A stretch of DNA of 64,000 nucleotides, taken from the NCBI GenBank assembly GCA_002269645.1, contig NIVC01000885.1, positions 1-64,000 on the forward strand, read 5' to 3'. Below are positions 12,451 through 25,237 of this stretch, one piece after another. The position numbers and the translations under genes are program-made. Position 1 is the first letter of the stretch. The number at the start of each line of letters is the position of its first letter. The notes below the pieces were generated by a model. That model was not told the origin of the DNA. It did no database searches and worked only from the letters and a program-made list of their open reading frames with translations. Source of the stretch: Macrostomum lignano. Taxonomy: Eukaryota.

Positions 12451-13004
12451 AATTAGCAGGCCGTTAAAAATGGAATGTACTGTAAAGCAAGACAAAGAGG
12501 TGTGAAAATTTCTTAAGAATCTTAATCATCAAAACGCAGAAACTAAACAGATAACAAAACAACTCATTAAATATAAGCTGCTTAAAAGCAAACACCTCAG
12601 ACGCTGCTTATATATGTATTATGTATATTTGCTTTCAAAGTATTAAAGTCACAAATTAAATGAAAATTGCAAATTGCAACTACATACTAATAGGTAAGAA
12701 TTAAAATTGCATAATGGACTAAGTACACACAGGCCCTCAAAACGGGCCTGGCTTGCCTAGTTACATGTCGATATAAGTATTTTGTCTTTGAAAATTGCTA
12801 AACGTATAACTATTGAAAGTATATCCGCTTCAGAATGCAGCTTATTATCATAATAAATATATTATTGCTATTATTATTCTATAGAAGACTTGAAGAGCTG
12901 TACAAGCAGGAGCGAACAAAATAGTACAAATTCATGGAGGCAATTTAATAAGTAAATTAGAGGGCCGATGTATACTTTTGCTGGGGAAGGCTACAAAGCG
13001 ATTT

Positions 13005-13700
13005 AAAGGTGATTCTAGAGGAGATTAAATGGCGATTCTAAAGATTAAAGGGCGATTCTAAAAGAGATTAAAGGGCGATTCTAAAAGAGATTAAAGGGCG
13101 ATTCTAAAAGATATTAAAGGGCGATTCTAAAGGAGATTAAAGGGCGATTCTAAGGAGATTAAAGGGCGATTCTAAAGAAGATTAAAGGTGATTCTAGAGG
13201 AGATTAAATGGCGATTCTAAAGATTAAAGGGCGATTCTAAAAGAGATTAAAGGGCGATTCTAAAGGAGATTAAAGGGCGATTCTAAAGGAGATTAAAGGG
13301 CGATTCTAAAGAAGATTAAAGGGCGATTCTAAAGGAGATTAAAGGGCGATTCTAAAGAAGATTAAAGGGCGATTCTAAAGGAGATTTAAGGGCGATTCTA
13401 AAGAAGATTAAAGGGCGATTCTAAAGGAGATTAAAAGGCGATTCTAAGGAGATTAAAGGGCGATTCTAAGGAGATTAAAGGGCGATTCTAAAGGAGATTA
13501 AAGGGCGATTCTAAAGGAGATTAAAGGGCGGTTCTAAAAAGGATTAAAGGACGATTATAAAGGGGTTTAAAGGGCGATTCTAAAGGAGATTAAAGGGCGA
13601 GTATAAAAGGGATTTAAGGGCGATTCTAAAATAGATTAAAGAGCGGTCTTCACAGAGAATAGGATTTTATTAAAAGACTAAAGGGCGATTTTAAAGAATA
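13005..13700. repeat. 22-24-bp minisatellite (aaagggcgattctaaaggagatt)n
   Basis: Tandem array. Confidence 0.95.
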
Positions 13701-14351
13701 TTAAAGGTTGAAAATTGTAATTAATGTTCCAATATTAAAAGGTTTAGAATAAAAAGTAGGAAGCAGTGCAAAAAAAGCCAGTAAATATTTCTTGCAAAGC
13801 TAAATGCCGTTGGATCGACAAAACATAGCATATTGAGCCTTGAAGATATGTTGTTTAATGTAAAAAAAGTGGCGGAAACCAGCACCTGCAACAAGCAGGC
13901 GATAAAAATGGGCACGCACGGAGTTGCATGCTTATGAAAAGAGAACCACGCTTTATAATAACAAAGCTAAAAAAAAGCAAGTAGACATCCGTGTAAACAA
14001 AAGTTGTGAACGAATGCTCGCACTGAACAGTAAACCAATTAACTGCTTGAAGTATTGTGCCGAATATTTGTGAAAGCATATAATGAGCCAAACAAAAATA
14101 ATGCTAGATATAAAAAAGTATAAAATTTTGAGATTAGTGAGAGTTTATACATATACATATATATTATAAGTTCAAATAATGCTTATAGAATATCCGTCGA
14201 AAGTTGAGCACAATGGACATAATAAAATGGTCAGTAAATGAAAACAAACACTGTTCAAGATATTTGTGCAAGGAAAAGAACTGGCTTAAGAATTTGTTAA
14301 GAGAAATGCAAAGATTAGAGAAATAGACAAGCAGACGATAGGTGCAGAGAT

Positions 14352-15083
<732 letters not shown>

Positions 15084-15165
15084 CACAGACCAAGAAAGAT
15101 AAGAAACAAAGGATTGAGGATTAAGGGAGATGATCCAATCCCAAATGACTTCTCAAAGCTCTCAG

Positions 15166-15532
15166 TTAGGTCGGGTGAATCTTGGCCACGCGACTCAAAT
15201 GCCCGACGCTAACGCAGTGCTCAACCAATTGAAATCGCCAGCAGAAGGTGACGTCATCTTCGTTGCAGCCGGCAGCCAGGCACACCGGGCAGCGGTGCGG
15301 CCGCAGCAGCGGCGGAGTGGGGTGCAGCAGCCGGTGCTCCGCCAGGTGCTTCGGCAAGGTGAAACACCGCCGACAGTCCTTGGCGGGGCATTGCTGGCGA
15401 TCGCAAGAGCGCCACGGCTGATGGAGGCTGGCCTCCTGATGGTGGCGGAGCTCGGCGAGAGATGTGAACACCTGGCGACAGGTGCTGCACAGGTGTAGCC
15501 GGCCAGCCAACCCGTGCGACTGCGACAGGTGG
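15166..15532 (-). CDS. C2H2 zinc-finger protein, exon 3
   Basis: tttcgcag acceptor, phase 2, completes finger CSLC...C|HLSQSH. Three more fingers (CSTC, CPAKDC, CPVC). Confidence 0.85.
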
Positions 15533-15609
15533 CTGCGAAATGGCGAGGCAGAATGGAGAACATTTAGAAATGATGAAGAATGCTAACTTTTCTAAGGATT
15601 ATCCTTCTT

Positions 15610-16100
15610 GTGAAGAATCTCAACCCCTAATAGTGAAGAATCTCAACCCCTAATAGTGGAGAATCTCAACCCTCAATAGTGAAGAATCTCAACCCTAAAT
15701 AGTGAAGAATCTTAACCTGAATCTTAAAGAATCCCAACCTGAATCATAAAGAATCTCATCCTGAATCATAAAGAATCTCATCCTGAATCATAAAGAATCT
15801 CAACCCTAAATAGTGAGGAATCCCAACCTGAATCATAAAGAATCCCAACCTGAATCATAAAGAATCCCAACCTGAATCATAAAAATCCCAACCAGAATCA
15901 TAAAGAATCCCAACCAGAATCATAAAGAATCCCAACCTGAATCATAAAGAATCCCAACCTGAATCATAAAAATCCCAACCAGAATCATAAAGAATCCCAA
16001 CCAGAATCATAAAGAATCCCAACCTGAATCATAAAGAATCTCAACCTGAACGATAAAGAATCTCATCCTGAATCATAAAGAATCTCAACCTGAATAGTGA
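15610..16100. repeat. 22-bp minisatellite (aatcccaacctgaatcataaag)n
   Basis: Intronic tandem array. Confidence 0.93.
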
Positions 16101-16120
16101 GACCTGAATCGTTCACCCAC

Positions 16121-16668
16121 CAGATGAGCCCGATCTCGTCAAACGCGGTATCCGACTCGGCGCACAGACTGCAGCAGTGCGAGTTTCTTTCATTGCGGCC
16201 AGTCTCGCAGTCTTTCAGAGCCTTCATTCGCCGGGTATAGTCGTGCATTCGCATATGTCTGGTGCAGTTGGACTTTCTATGAAACCTGGCACCGCATTCT
16301 CGACAAGCAAACTGGCCGGAGCTTTTCAACGCCGACGATGTCGATTTGACAACGGCATTGGCCGAAATTGTACGCCACTTCACCGCCGGGCAGCGCTGCC
16401 TGATTAAATGTACTTTTAGAGTGGCGCGTCTGGAGAAGCTGGTGTGACAGTGCGGACAGGTGGCTCTGGGATGGATTCGGCGCTTTTTAGCGACTGTTTT
16501 TGAGCCATTATTACTATTATTATTATTATTATTTCTATTAGTATTGTTACTAGCGGTCGTATTAGTAGCTGAGCCGGCTGATGAAGCAGTTATTATAGAA
16601 TCGACAGCAGAATGAGCCAATGAGGAAGCTGGCAAGGCTGCAGATTTCGACGATGTCGGAGGATCCGT
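16121..16668 (-). CDS. C2H2 zinc-finger protein, exon 2
   Basis: cccccgcag acceptor (phase 0, less certain) and tg|gtgggt donor (phase 2). Fingers CPHC..HLIRQRC and CRECGARFHRKSNCTRHMRMH; polyN tract and KKRR. Confidence 0.82.
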
Positions 16669-16707
16669 CTGCGGGGGAGGCAGCGGACACAATGATAGAA
16701 TCCATAA

Positions 16708-18525
16708 TAGGTCAGCTGTAGCTCAGAAAGTAGGTCAGCTCTAGCTCAGAAAGTAGGTCAGCTGTAGCTCAGAAAATAGGTCAGCTCTAGCTCAGAAAGT
16801 AGGTCAGCTGTAGCTCAGAAAATAGGTCAGCTCTAGCTTAGAAAATAGGTCAGCTGTAGCTCAGAAAATAGGTCAGCTCTAGTTCAGAAAATAGGTCAGC
16901 TCTAGTTCAGAAAGTAGGTCAGCTCTAGCTCAGAAAGTAGGTCAGCTCTAGCTCAGAAAGTAGGTCAGCTCTAGCTCTGAAAGTAGGTCAGCTCTAGCTC
17001 TGAAAGTAGGTCAGCTCTAGCTCTGAAAGTAGGTCAGATCTAGTTCTGAAAGTAGGTCAGCTCTAGCTTAGAAAGTAGGTCAGCTCTAGCTCAGAAAGTA
17101 TGTCAGCTCTAGCTCAGAAAGTAGGTCAGCTCTAGCTTAGAAAGTAGGTCAGCTCTAGCTTAGAAAGTAGGTCAGATCTAGCTCAAAAAGTAGGTGAGCT
17201 CTAGCTCAGAATGTAGGTCAGCTCTAGCTCAGAAAGTAGGTAAGCTCTAGTTCAGAAAGTAGGTCAGCTCTAGCTCAGAAAGTAGGTCAGCTCTAGCTCA
17301 GAAAGTAGGTCAGCTCTAGCTCTGAAAGTAGGTCAGCTCTAGCTCTGAAAGTAGGTCAGCTCTAGCTCTGAAAGTAGGTCAGATCTAGTTCTGAAAGTAG
17401 GTCAGCTCTAGCTTAGAAAGTAGGTCAGCTCTAGCTCAGAAAGTATGTCAGCTCTAGCTCAGAAAGTAGGTCAGCTCTAGCTTAGAAAGTAGGTCAGCTG
17501 TAGCTCAGAAAATAGGTCAGCTCTAGTTCAGAAAATAGGTCAGCTCTAGTTCAGAAAGTAGGTCAGCTCTAGCTCAGAAAGTAGGTCAGCTCTAGCTCAG
17601 AAAGTAGGTCAGCTCTAGCTCTGAAAGTAGGTCAGCTCTAGCTCTGAAAGTAGGTCAGCTCTAGCTCTGAAAGTAGGTCAGATCTAGTTCTGAAAGTAGG
17701 TCAGCTCTAGCTTAGAAAGTAGGTCAGCTCTAGCTCAGAAAGTATGTCAGCTCTAGCTCAGAAAGTAGGTCAGCTCTAGCTTAGAAAGTAGGTCAGCTCT
17801 AGCTTAGAAAGTAGGTCAGATCTAGCTCAAAAAGTAGGTGAGCTCTAGCTCAGAATGTAGGTCAGCTCTAGCTCAGAAAGTAGGTAAGCTCTAATTCAGA
17901 AAGTAGGTCAGCTCTAGCTCAGAAGGTAGGTCAGCTCTAGCTCAGAAAATAGGTCAGCTCTAGCTCAGAAAGTAGGTCAGCTCTAGCTTAGAAAGTAGGT
18001 CAGCTCTAGCTTAAAAAGTAGGTCAGATCTAGCTCAGAAAGTAGGTCAGATCTAGCTCAGAAAGTAGGTCAGCTCTAGCTTAGAAAGTAGGTCAGCTCTA
18101 GCTCAGAAAGTATGTCAGCTCTAGCTCAGAAAGTAGGTCAGCTCTAGCTTAGAAAGTAGGTCAGCTCTAGCTTAGAAAGTAGGTCAGATCTAGCTCAAAA
18201 AGTAGGTGAGCTCTAGCTCAGAATGTAGGTCAGCTCTAGCTCAGAAAGTAGGTAAGCTCTAATTCAGAAAGTAGGTCAGCTCTAGCTCAGAAGGTAGGTC
18301 ATCTCTAGCTCAGAAAGTAGGTCACCTCTAGCTCAGAAAGTAGGTCAGATCTAGCTCAAAAAGTAGGTCAGATCTAGCTCAGAAAAATAGGTCAGCTCTA
18401 GCTCAGAAAAAAGGTCAGATCTAGCTCAGAAAAATAGGTCAGCTCTAGCTCAGAAAAATAGGTCAGCTTTAGCTCAGAAAATAGGTCAGCTCTAGCTCAG
18501 AAAATAGGTCAGATCTAGCTCAGAA
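16708..18525. repeat. 23-bp minisatellite (aggtcagctctagctcagaaagt)n, ~1.8 kb
   Basis: Intronic tandem array with duplicated variant blocks. Confidence 0.97.
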
Positions 18526-18544
18526 AATAGACTCGCTTTCCAAC

Positions 18545-18832
18545 CTGATTCTCCAGAGCGCTAAGGACGCCACCAGCAAAACCAACAATGTCTGATTCAG
18601 CAGACTCGATGCCCAGAGCCAGCAGACGGGAAGCTGCCACAGCTGCCGCCATGTTGGCAGCCGCAGCGGCAGCCGTTGACATGGCGGGCGATGAAGCAGC
18701 TGCAGAGGCTGACACCTGAGGATGGCACAAGTAGGTGTGCTTGTCCAATTCCTCCGCGGTGTTAAAGCGCAGTGTGCATAAACGGCATTTCAATTGGATG
18801 CCACCAGCAGCTGACTTGCTTCGTGTGCTCAT
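18545..18832 (-). CDS. C2H2 zinc-finger protein, exon 1 (whole CDS ~400 aa, ~7 fingers)
   Basis: ATG with an in-frame TAA two codons upstream. Finger CRLC..HTYLCH; donor cag|gttgga phase 0. Exon lengths 288+548+367=1203 nt are frame-consistent. Confidence 0.75.
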
Positions 18833-18947
18833 TGCTTAGATCTGTTGTCCGCGTGGTATTCTCTGTGTGTGCCGTCGTTGTGGCAAGTTTATGAAGATAA
18901 ATATTGAAATTACATAAAATAGTGATAGAAGCATTTCGATATTTGCT

Positions 18948-19650
18948 GACTGAGCACACCCTACACTGAGCACACAATGAGCACACCCTACAATTAAGAA
19001 CACCCTACATTGAGCACACCCTACACTGAGCACACCCTACATCGAGCACACCCTACATTGAGCACACCCTAAATTGAACACACCCTACATTGAGCACACC
19101 CTACATTGAGCACACCCTACATTGAGCACACCCTAAATTGAACACACCCTACATTGAGCACACCCTACATTGGGCACATTTTGGACTGAGCACACCCTAG
19201 ACTGAGCACATACTAGACTGAGCACACACTAGACTGAGCACACCCTAGACTGAGCACACACTAGACTGAGCACACCATGAGCTGAGCTGAGCTGACCCTA
19301 GACTGAGCACACCCTACATTGAGCACACCCTACACTGAGCACATCCTACATTGAGTACACCCTACACTGAGCACATCCTACATTGAGTACACTCTACATT
19401 GAGTACACCCTACACTGAGCACACCCTGGACTGAGCACACCCTAGACTGAGCCCACCCTGGACTGAGCACACCCTACACTGAGCACACCCTGGACTGAGC
19501 ACACCCTAGACTGAGCCCACCCTAGACTGAGCCCACCCTGGACTGAGCCCACCCTGGACTGAGCACACCCTAGACTGAGCCCACCCTGGACTGAGCACAC
19601 CCTACACTGAGCACACCCTACACTGAGCACACCCTTGACTGAGCAAACCC
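18948..19650. repeat. 16-bp minisatellite (ctacactgagcacacc)n
   Basis: Tandem array. Confidence 0.95.
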
Positions 19651-20227
19651 TAGAATACAGTGGTAAATAAACAAATCCAAACAACATATTCATTTTAATA
19701 GAATCGCAACACACAAGCAAAATCATTATTATAAAACTACATTGCACTTAAATGAAAAGTTACAAATTGACGGCTACAGAAATTCAAAGTTCACTGGCAA
19801 TTTTCAGAGAGAATACTTTGTACAATAAAATGTTCATTTCAAAGACAGGGTCTCGTGCGACTAGCAATTCGAACTGATAATTAACTGGACTACAGTAGTG
19901 GTACGTTCAGCATATATAGGAGTACAACACAAAGAAAACGATTTAACGCACAACAACTAAAACAAGTACGTAAATTAAAAAGCAGATAACTGCACACTAC
20001 ACTTTAATATATCGGCAATAGAAATTGGGAATGAACTGTAGTTGAAACCCTCGCTTTTCTGCGACGTTGTAATTGTTAACCTTGATATAAAAGTTTTATT
20101 TAATTAATTAAAGAACGCTTGTGAAATGGCTCACTACACATTTAGTCTACTACATAATAATGTAACATTGGAGCACCAATTGTAGACAGGGTGAAAAGAA
20201 AAATGGAGATGTATAAAAACCCAACCC

Positions 20228-21672
20228 TCAGATCAGAGACACCCACAGATCAGAGACACCCTCAGATCAGAGACACCCACAGATCAGAGACACCCTCAGA
20301 TCAGAGACACCCACAGATCAGAGACACCCACAGATCAGAGACACCCACAGATCAGACACCCTCAGATCAGAGACACCCACAGATCAGAGACACCCACAGA
20401 TCAGAGACACCCACAGATCAGAGACACCCTCAGATCAGAGACACCCACAGATCAGAGACACCCACAGATCAGAGACACCCACAGATCAGAGACACCCACA
20501 GATCAGAGACACCCACAGATCAGAGACACCCACAGATCAGAGACACCCACAGATCAGAGACACCCACAGATCAGAGACACCCACAGATCAGAGACACCCA
20601 CAGATCAGAGACACCCACAGATCAGAGACACCCACAGATCAGACACCCACAGATCAGACACCCTCAGATCAGAGACACCCACAGATCAGAGACACCCTCA
20701 GATCAGAGACACCCACAGATCAGAGACACCCTCAGATCAGAGACACCCACAGATCAGAGACACCCTCAGATCAGAGACACCCTCAGATCAGAGACACCCA
20801 CAGATCAGAGACACCCACAGATCAGAGACACCCACAGATCAGAGACACCCACAGATCAGAGACACCCACAGATCAGAGACACCCACAGATCAGAGACACC
20901 CTCAGATCAAAGACACCCTCAGATCAGAGACACCCTCAGATCAGAGACACCCACAGATCAGACACCCACAGATCAGACACCCTCAGATCAGAGACACCCA
21001 CAGATCAGAGACACCCTCAGATCAGAGACACCCTCAGATCAGAGACACCCACAGATCAGAGACACCCACAGATCAGACACCCACAGATCAGACACCCTCA
21101 GATCAGAGACACCCACAGATCAGAGACACCCACAGATCAGAGACACCCACAGATCAGAGACACCCACAGATCAGAGACACCCACAGATCAGAGACACCCA
21201 CAGATCAGAGACACCCACAGATCAGACACCCTCAGATCAGAGACACCCACAGATCAGAGACACCCACAGATCAGACACCCTTAGATCAGAGACACCCACA
21301 GATCAGAGACACCCACAGATCAGAGACACCCACAGATCAGACACCCTCAGATCAGAGACACCCACAGATCAGAGACACCCACAGATCACAGACACCCACA
21401 GATCAGAGACACCCACAGATCAGAGACACCCACAGATCAGAGACACCCACAGATCAGAGACACCCACAGATCAGAGACACCCACAGATCAGAGACACCCA
21501 CAGATCACAGACACCCACAGATCAGAGACACCCACAGATCAGAGACACCCACAGATCAGACACCCACAGATCAGAGACACCCTCAGATCAGAGACACCCA
21601 CAGATCAGACACCCACAGATCAGAGACACCCACAGATCACAGACACCCACAGATCAGAGACACCCACAGATC
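20228..21672. repeat. 17-bp minisatellite (cagatcagagacaccca)n
   Basis: Tandem array; explains the 496-aa ORF at 20191. Confidence 0.97.
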
Positions 21673-22129
21673 GTGAAATAAAGAAATTAAATTGATAATA
21701 AGAAAATGTGTGACTGCAACGATTTTAGCAATTTCTGGACAAGTAAATCATAGGCACAAAAACTGTAATATTACAATGTAGGAGTATGTATATATACATG
21801 GCTATTTAATAGCATGAAAAAAGTATGTAAAATGACACTAATACGCACTAAAATTGCATTGAAAAAGAGCTGAATAAGAACGTTGGTAATAGCATTATTT
21901 TTTCAATTATTCAAATTTTTTAAAAAGTTCAAAACCACCTAAAGCAGATTGTAACGCGATGTAAAATAAACAAATGTGTTAGAACTTTTTTTCTAGGTTT
22001 TTCAGCTTTTTTAATTCATTCAAATTGAATGCGAAAAATTGTGATTGTGATGAAGTTTGGCCCTTGTTAAACTTTGAGGCTTTGGGAAGCATGAAATTCG
22101 GTAAGGTTTAAATACTAGAGAACATGAAA

Positions 22130-22630
22130 GTCCAGAAAACATTAAACTTGAAGAATCATGAAATTCCAGGAAATGTGGAAATCTAGGAAATATGAAATTT
22201 CAGGGAAATTCCAGGAAATATGAAATTCCAGGAAATGTGAAATTCCAAGAATCATGAAATTCCAGGAAATGTGGAAATCTAGGAATCATGAGATTCATGA
22301 AATTCATGAAATTCCAGGAAATATGAAATTCCAGGAATCATGAGATTCATGAAATTCTAGGAAATATGAAATTCTAGGAAATATGAAATTCCAGGAAATT
22401 TGAAATTCCAGGAAATGTGAAATTCCAGGAAATGTGAAATTCCAGGAAATTTGAGATTCATAAAATTCCAGGAAATGTTAAATTCCAAGAATCACGAGAT
22501 TTATGAAATTCTAGGAAATTTGGAATTCCAGGAATCATGGACTGCGACGAATCATAAAATACCAAAAAACAAAATTCTAGAAAACCTGAAATTACATGAT
22601 TCATAAGTTTCCAGGAATCGTGAAATTCCA
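22130..22630. repeat. ~17-bp degenerate minisatellite (gaaattccaggaaatgt)n
   Basis: Tandem array downstream of the polyhomeotic stop. Confidence 0.85.
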
Positions 22631-22760
22631 AGTCATTATATTCCAGAAAATTTTAAATTTTAGGATTTTTGAAACTTTTTTGAAAAAATAAAATTTTGAA
22701 AATTTGATATTTCTTGATAGGAAAAAGTAGTACAAAGGTCCCGGACAAAGTTGCCCAAAC

Positions 22761-23456
22761 TCAAGCAAAGAAATCAGGCGGTACAGTAGCCCTGGCCTCC
22801 TCAATTCGGGCCGACAACTTCAAAGCCGGTCCCAGCTTCATACTCAAAGGCGGTCTCATCAAGTTCTCTTCTTTCAACAACAGCAGAGCTTCTCCATCAA
22901 TCTCCTGTAGACGAAAATTCACAGCGAACGGAGCGCAACCGGGCGTGGAAGCCACCAGCTGGTGCACATCCGACACCGACCAGTTCAGCACCTCCGGTCT
23001 AGCAGGTCGCTGAGGCTCCACCGATTCGCTAGCGCTGGACTGTTGCGGCGCCTTCTCGGGTTCAAGGGCCGCCTGCGCTTGACCGCAAGGATCCAGATCC
23101 ACTCGATCGTGATCGCCGAGTGAATCATCTTGAGCCACCGTCGCCTCCTCGTCTGCGTCCTCCTGCGGCTGCTGCTGCTCCTGCAGCTGCTCGACATCGC
23201 GCTGACTATCGCGAACATCTGTGGCATTGTTGACATTGCTATCATTCTCATTGTCGGCTTGGTAGAACTGGTCTAATAGGCCGCTGGCCTCGTTGCAGCT
23301 TGCGTTACCGTCAACAGCATCCGCGATGTCGTCTGGCTTCTGCTGCTGTTGCTCTTTGACAGAGCTGTCCAAGCTTTGCTGCTGCTGCTCGTCCTGAGGC
23401 TCCACTTTTGCTTGCTTCGGTTGTAGGGCCCGGTGTGAGAGTTGGTCTGTATCCGG
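22761..23456 (-). CDS. ph: Polyhomeotic (PHC) homolog, exon 3 with C-terminal SAM domain
   Basis: tttctcacag acceptor, phase 0. Ph-type SAM: WSVSDV...QEIDGEALLLLKEENLM...MKLGPALKL. Confidence 0.92.
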   Translation of the reverse strand, partial: PDTDQLSHRALQPKQAKVEPQDEQQQQSLDSSVKEQQQQKPDDIADAVDGNASCNEASGLLDQFYQADNENDSNVNNATDVRDSQRDVEQLQEQQQPQEDADEEATVAQDDSLGDHDRVDLDPCGQAQAALEPEKAPQQSSASESVEPQRPARPEVLNWSVSDVHQLVASTPGCAPFAVNFRLQEIDGEALLLLKEENLMRPPLSMKLGPALKLSARIEEARATVPPDFFA

Positions 23457-23569
23457 CTGTGAGAAATCAAAGGTTAAATATGAATTGTACTTGGTCTCAT
23501 AACCTCATGTAGTCTTACTGGGCTATTGTGAGCTAATGTCAGTCTGTGGTATCCAATCTCCTTATCACC

Positions 23570-24120
23570 TTTTAGCTACGGCATCTAATCTCACACTACT
23601 CTTAGCTACGGCATCTAATCTCAAAGTCTGCTTCTAGCTACGGCATCTAATCTCATAGTCTGCTCCTAGTTACGGTATCTAATCTCATAGTCTGCTCCTA
23701 GCTACGGCATCTAATCTCATAGTCTGCTCCTAGCTACGGCATCTAATCTCATATTCTACTAGCTACGGCATCTAATATCATAGTCTGCTCCTAGCTACGG
23801 CATCTAATCTCATATTCTACTAGCTACGGCATCTAATATCATAGTCTGCTCCTAGCTACGGCATCTAATCTCATAGTCTGCTCCTAGCTACGGCATCTAA
23901 TCTCATAGTCTGCTCCTAGCTACGGCATCTAATCTCATATTCTACTAGCTACGGCATCTAATCTCATAGTCTGCTCCTAGCTACGGCATCTAATCTCATA
24001 GTCTACTCCTAGCTACAACATCTAATCTCATAGTCTACTCCTAGCTACAACATCTAATCTCATAGTCTACTAGCTACGGCATCTAATCCCATGTCTACTA
24101 GCTACAGCATCTAATCTCAC
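23570..24120. repeat. 29/32-bp minisatellite (ctagctacggcatctaatctcatagtctgctc)n
   Basis: Intronic array with mixed unit lengths. Confidence 0.93.
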
Positions 24121-24153
24121 AGTTATACATGAGCTTCCCAACAAACAACTCAC

Positions 24154-24462
24154 ATTCTGCGGCGCAGGGGCCTCCCTCTTCAGCCGCTGCTTTTCCACCT
24201 TCTTGCTAACATTGTACTTTCTGGCGCAGCTAACGGAACAAAATCTTCTGCTGGCTTTGAAAGTTTGAAACGGTTTAAATTTGCCGCAAAATTCGCACAT
24301 CAAAGCGCCAACAGAGTTCAGCGTAACGTAGGTGGGCTGCTCAACTTCTTCACCGTCTAGGTTTACGGATTTGGAGATGCCGCCAGTGGCTTTGAGCACT
24401 TTGAAGCTAGGGCCGTAGGTGGCAGCCGCGCAGCCGTTTACCTCAGGATAGGGCCGCTTCAC
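24154..24462 (-). CDS. ph: Polyhomeotic exon 2 with FCS zinc finger
   Basis: cacgcag acceptor and aat|gtgagt donor, both phase 0. CEFCGK...RFCSVSCARKYNV. Confidence 0.92.
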
Positions 24463-24544
24463 CTGCGTGAGGTGTTCAAGTTGTTGCTATTAACATCACT
24501 AAACAAGTACATAAAGTATTTAAATACTTACAAATCTACATTAA

Positions 24545-25190
24545 TATCTGACACTCACTGCTTACATTTTGACACGCATTGCTCCCGTTCTGACAATTAT
24601 TGATCATATTTTGACTCACTCACTGATCACATTCTGACACTCACTACTCTCATTCTGACACTCACTACTCACATTCTGACACTCACTACTCACATTCTGA
24701 CACTCACTGATCACATTCTGACACTCACTGATCACATTCTGACACTCACTACTCACATTCTGACACTCACTGATCACATTCTGACACTCACTACTCACAT
24801 TCTGACACTCACTACTCACATTCTGACACTCACTGATCACATTCTGACACTCACTGATCACATTCTGACACTCACTACTCACATTCTGACACTCACTGAT
24901 CACATTCTGACACTCACTACTCACATTTTGACACTCACTACTCACAATATGACACTCACTACTCACAATATGACACTCACTGATCACATTCTGACACTCA
25001 TCGATCGGATTCTGACACCCACTACTTTCATTCTGACACTCACTGACTGCTCACATTCTGACACTCACTACTCACATTCTGACACTCACTACTCACATTC
25101 TGACACTCACTACTCACATTCTGACACTCATCGATCGGATTCTGACACTCACTACTCACATTCTGATACTCACTGATCACATTTAGAGAC
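24545..25190. repeat. 21-bp minisatellite (cacattctgacactcactact)n
   Basis: Intronic array; the sense strand repeats GTGAGT. Confidence 0.95.
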
Positions 25191-25237
25191 TCACTGCTCA
25201 AATTGTCACATAACCATAATAACGCCCCATCACTCAC

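Noticed and set aside
20191-21681. 496-aa repetitive ORF
   Set aside because: A 17-bp tandem repeat lacking stops in one cyclic frame; no domain.
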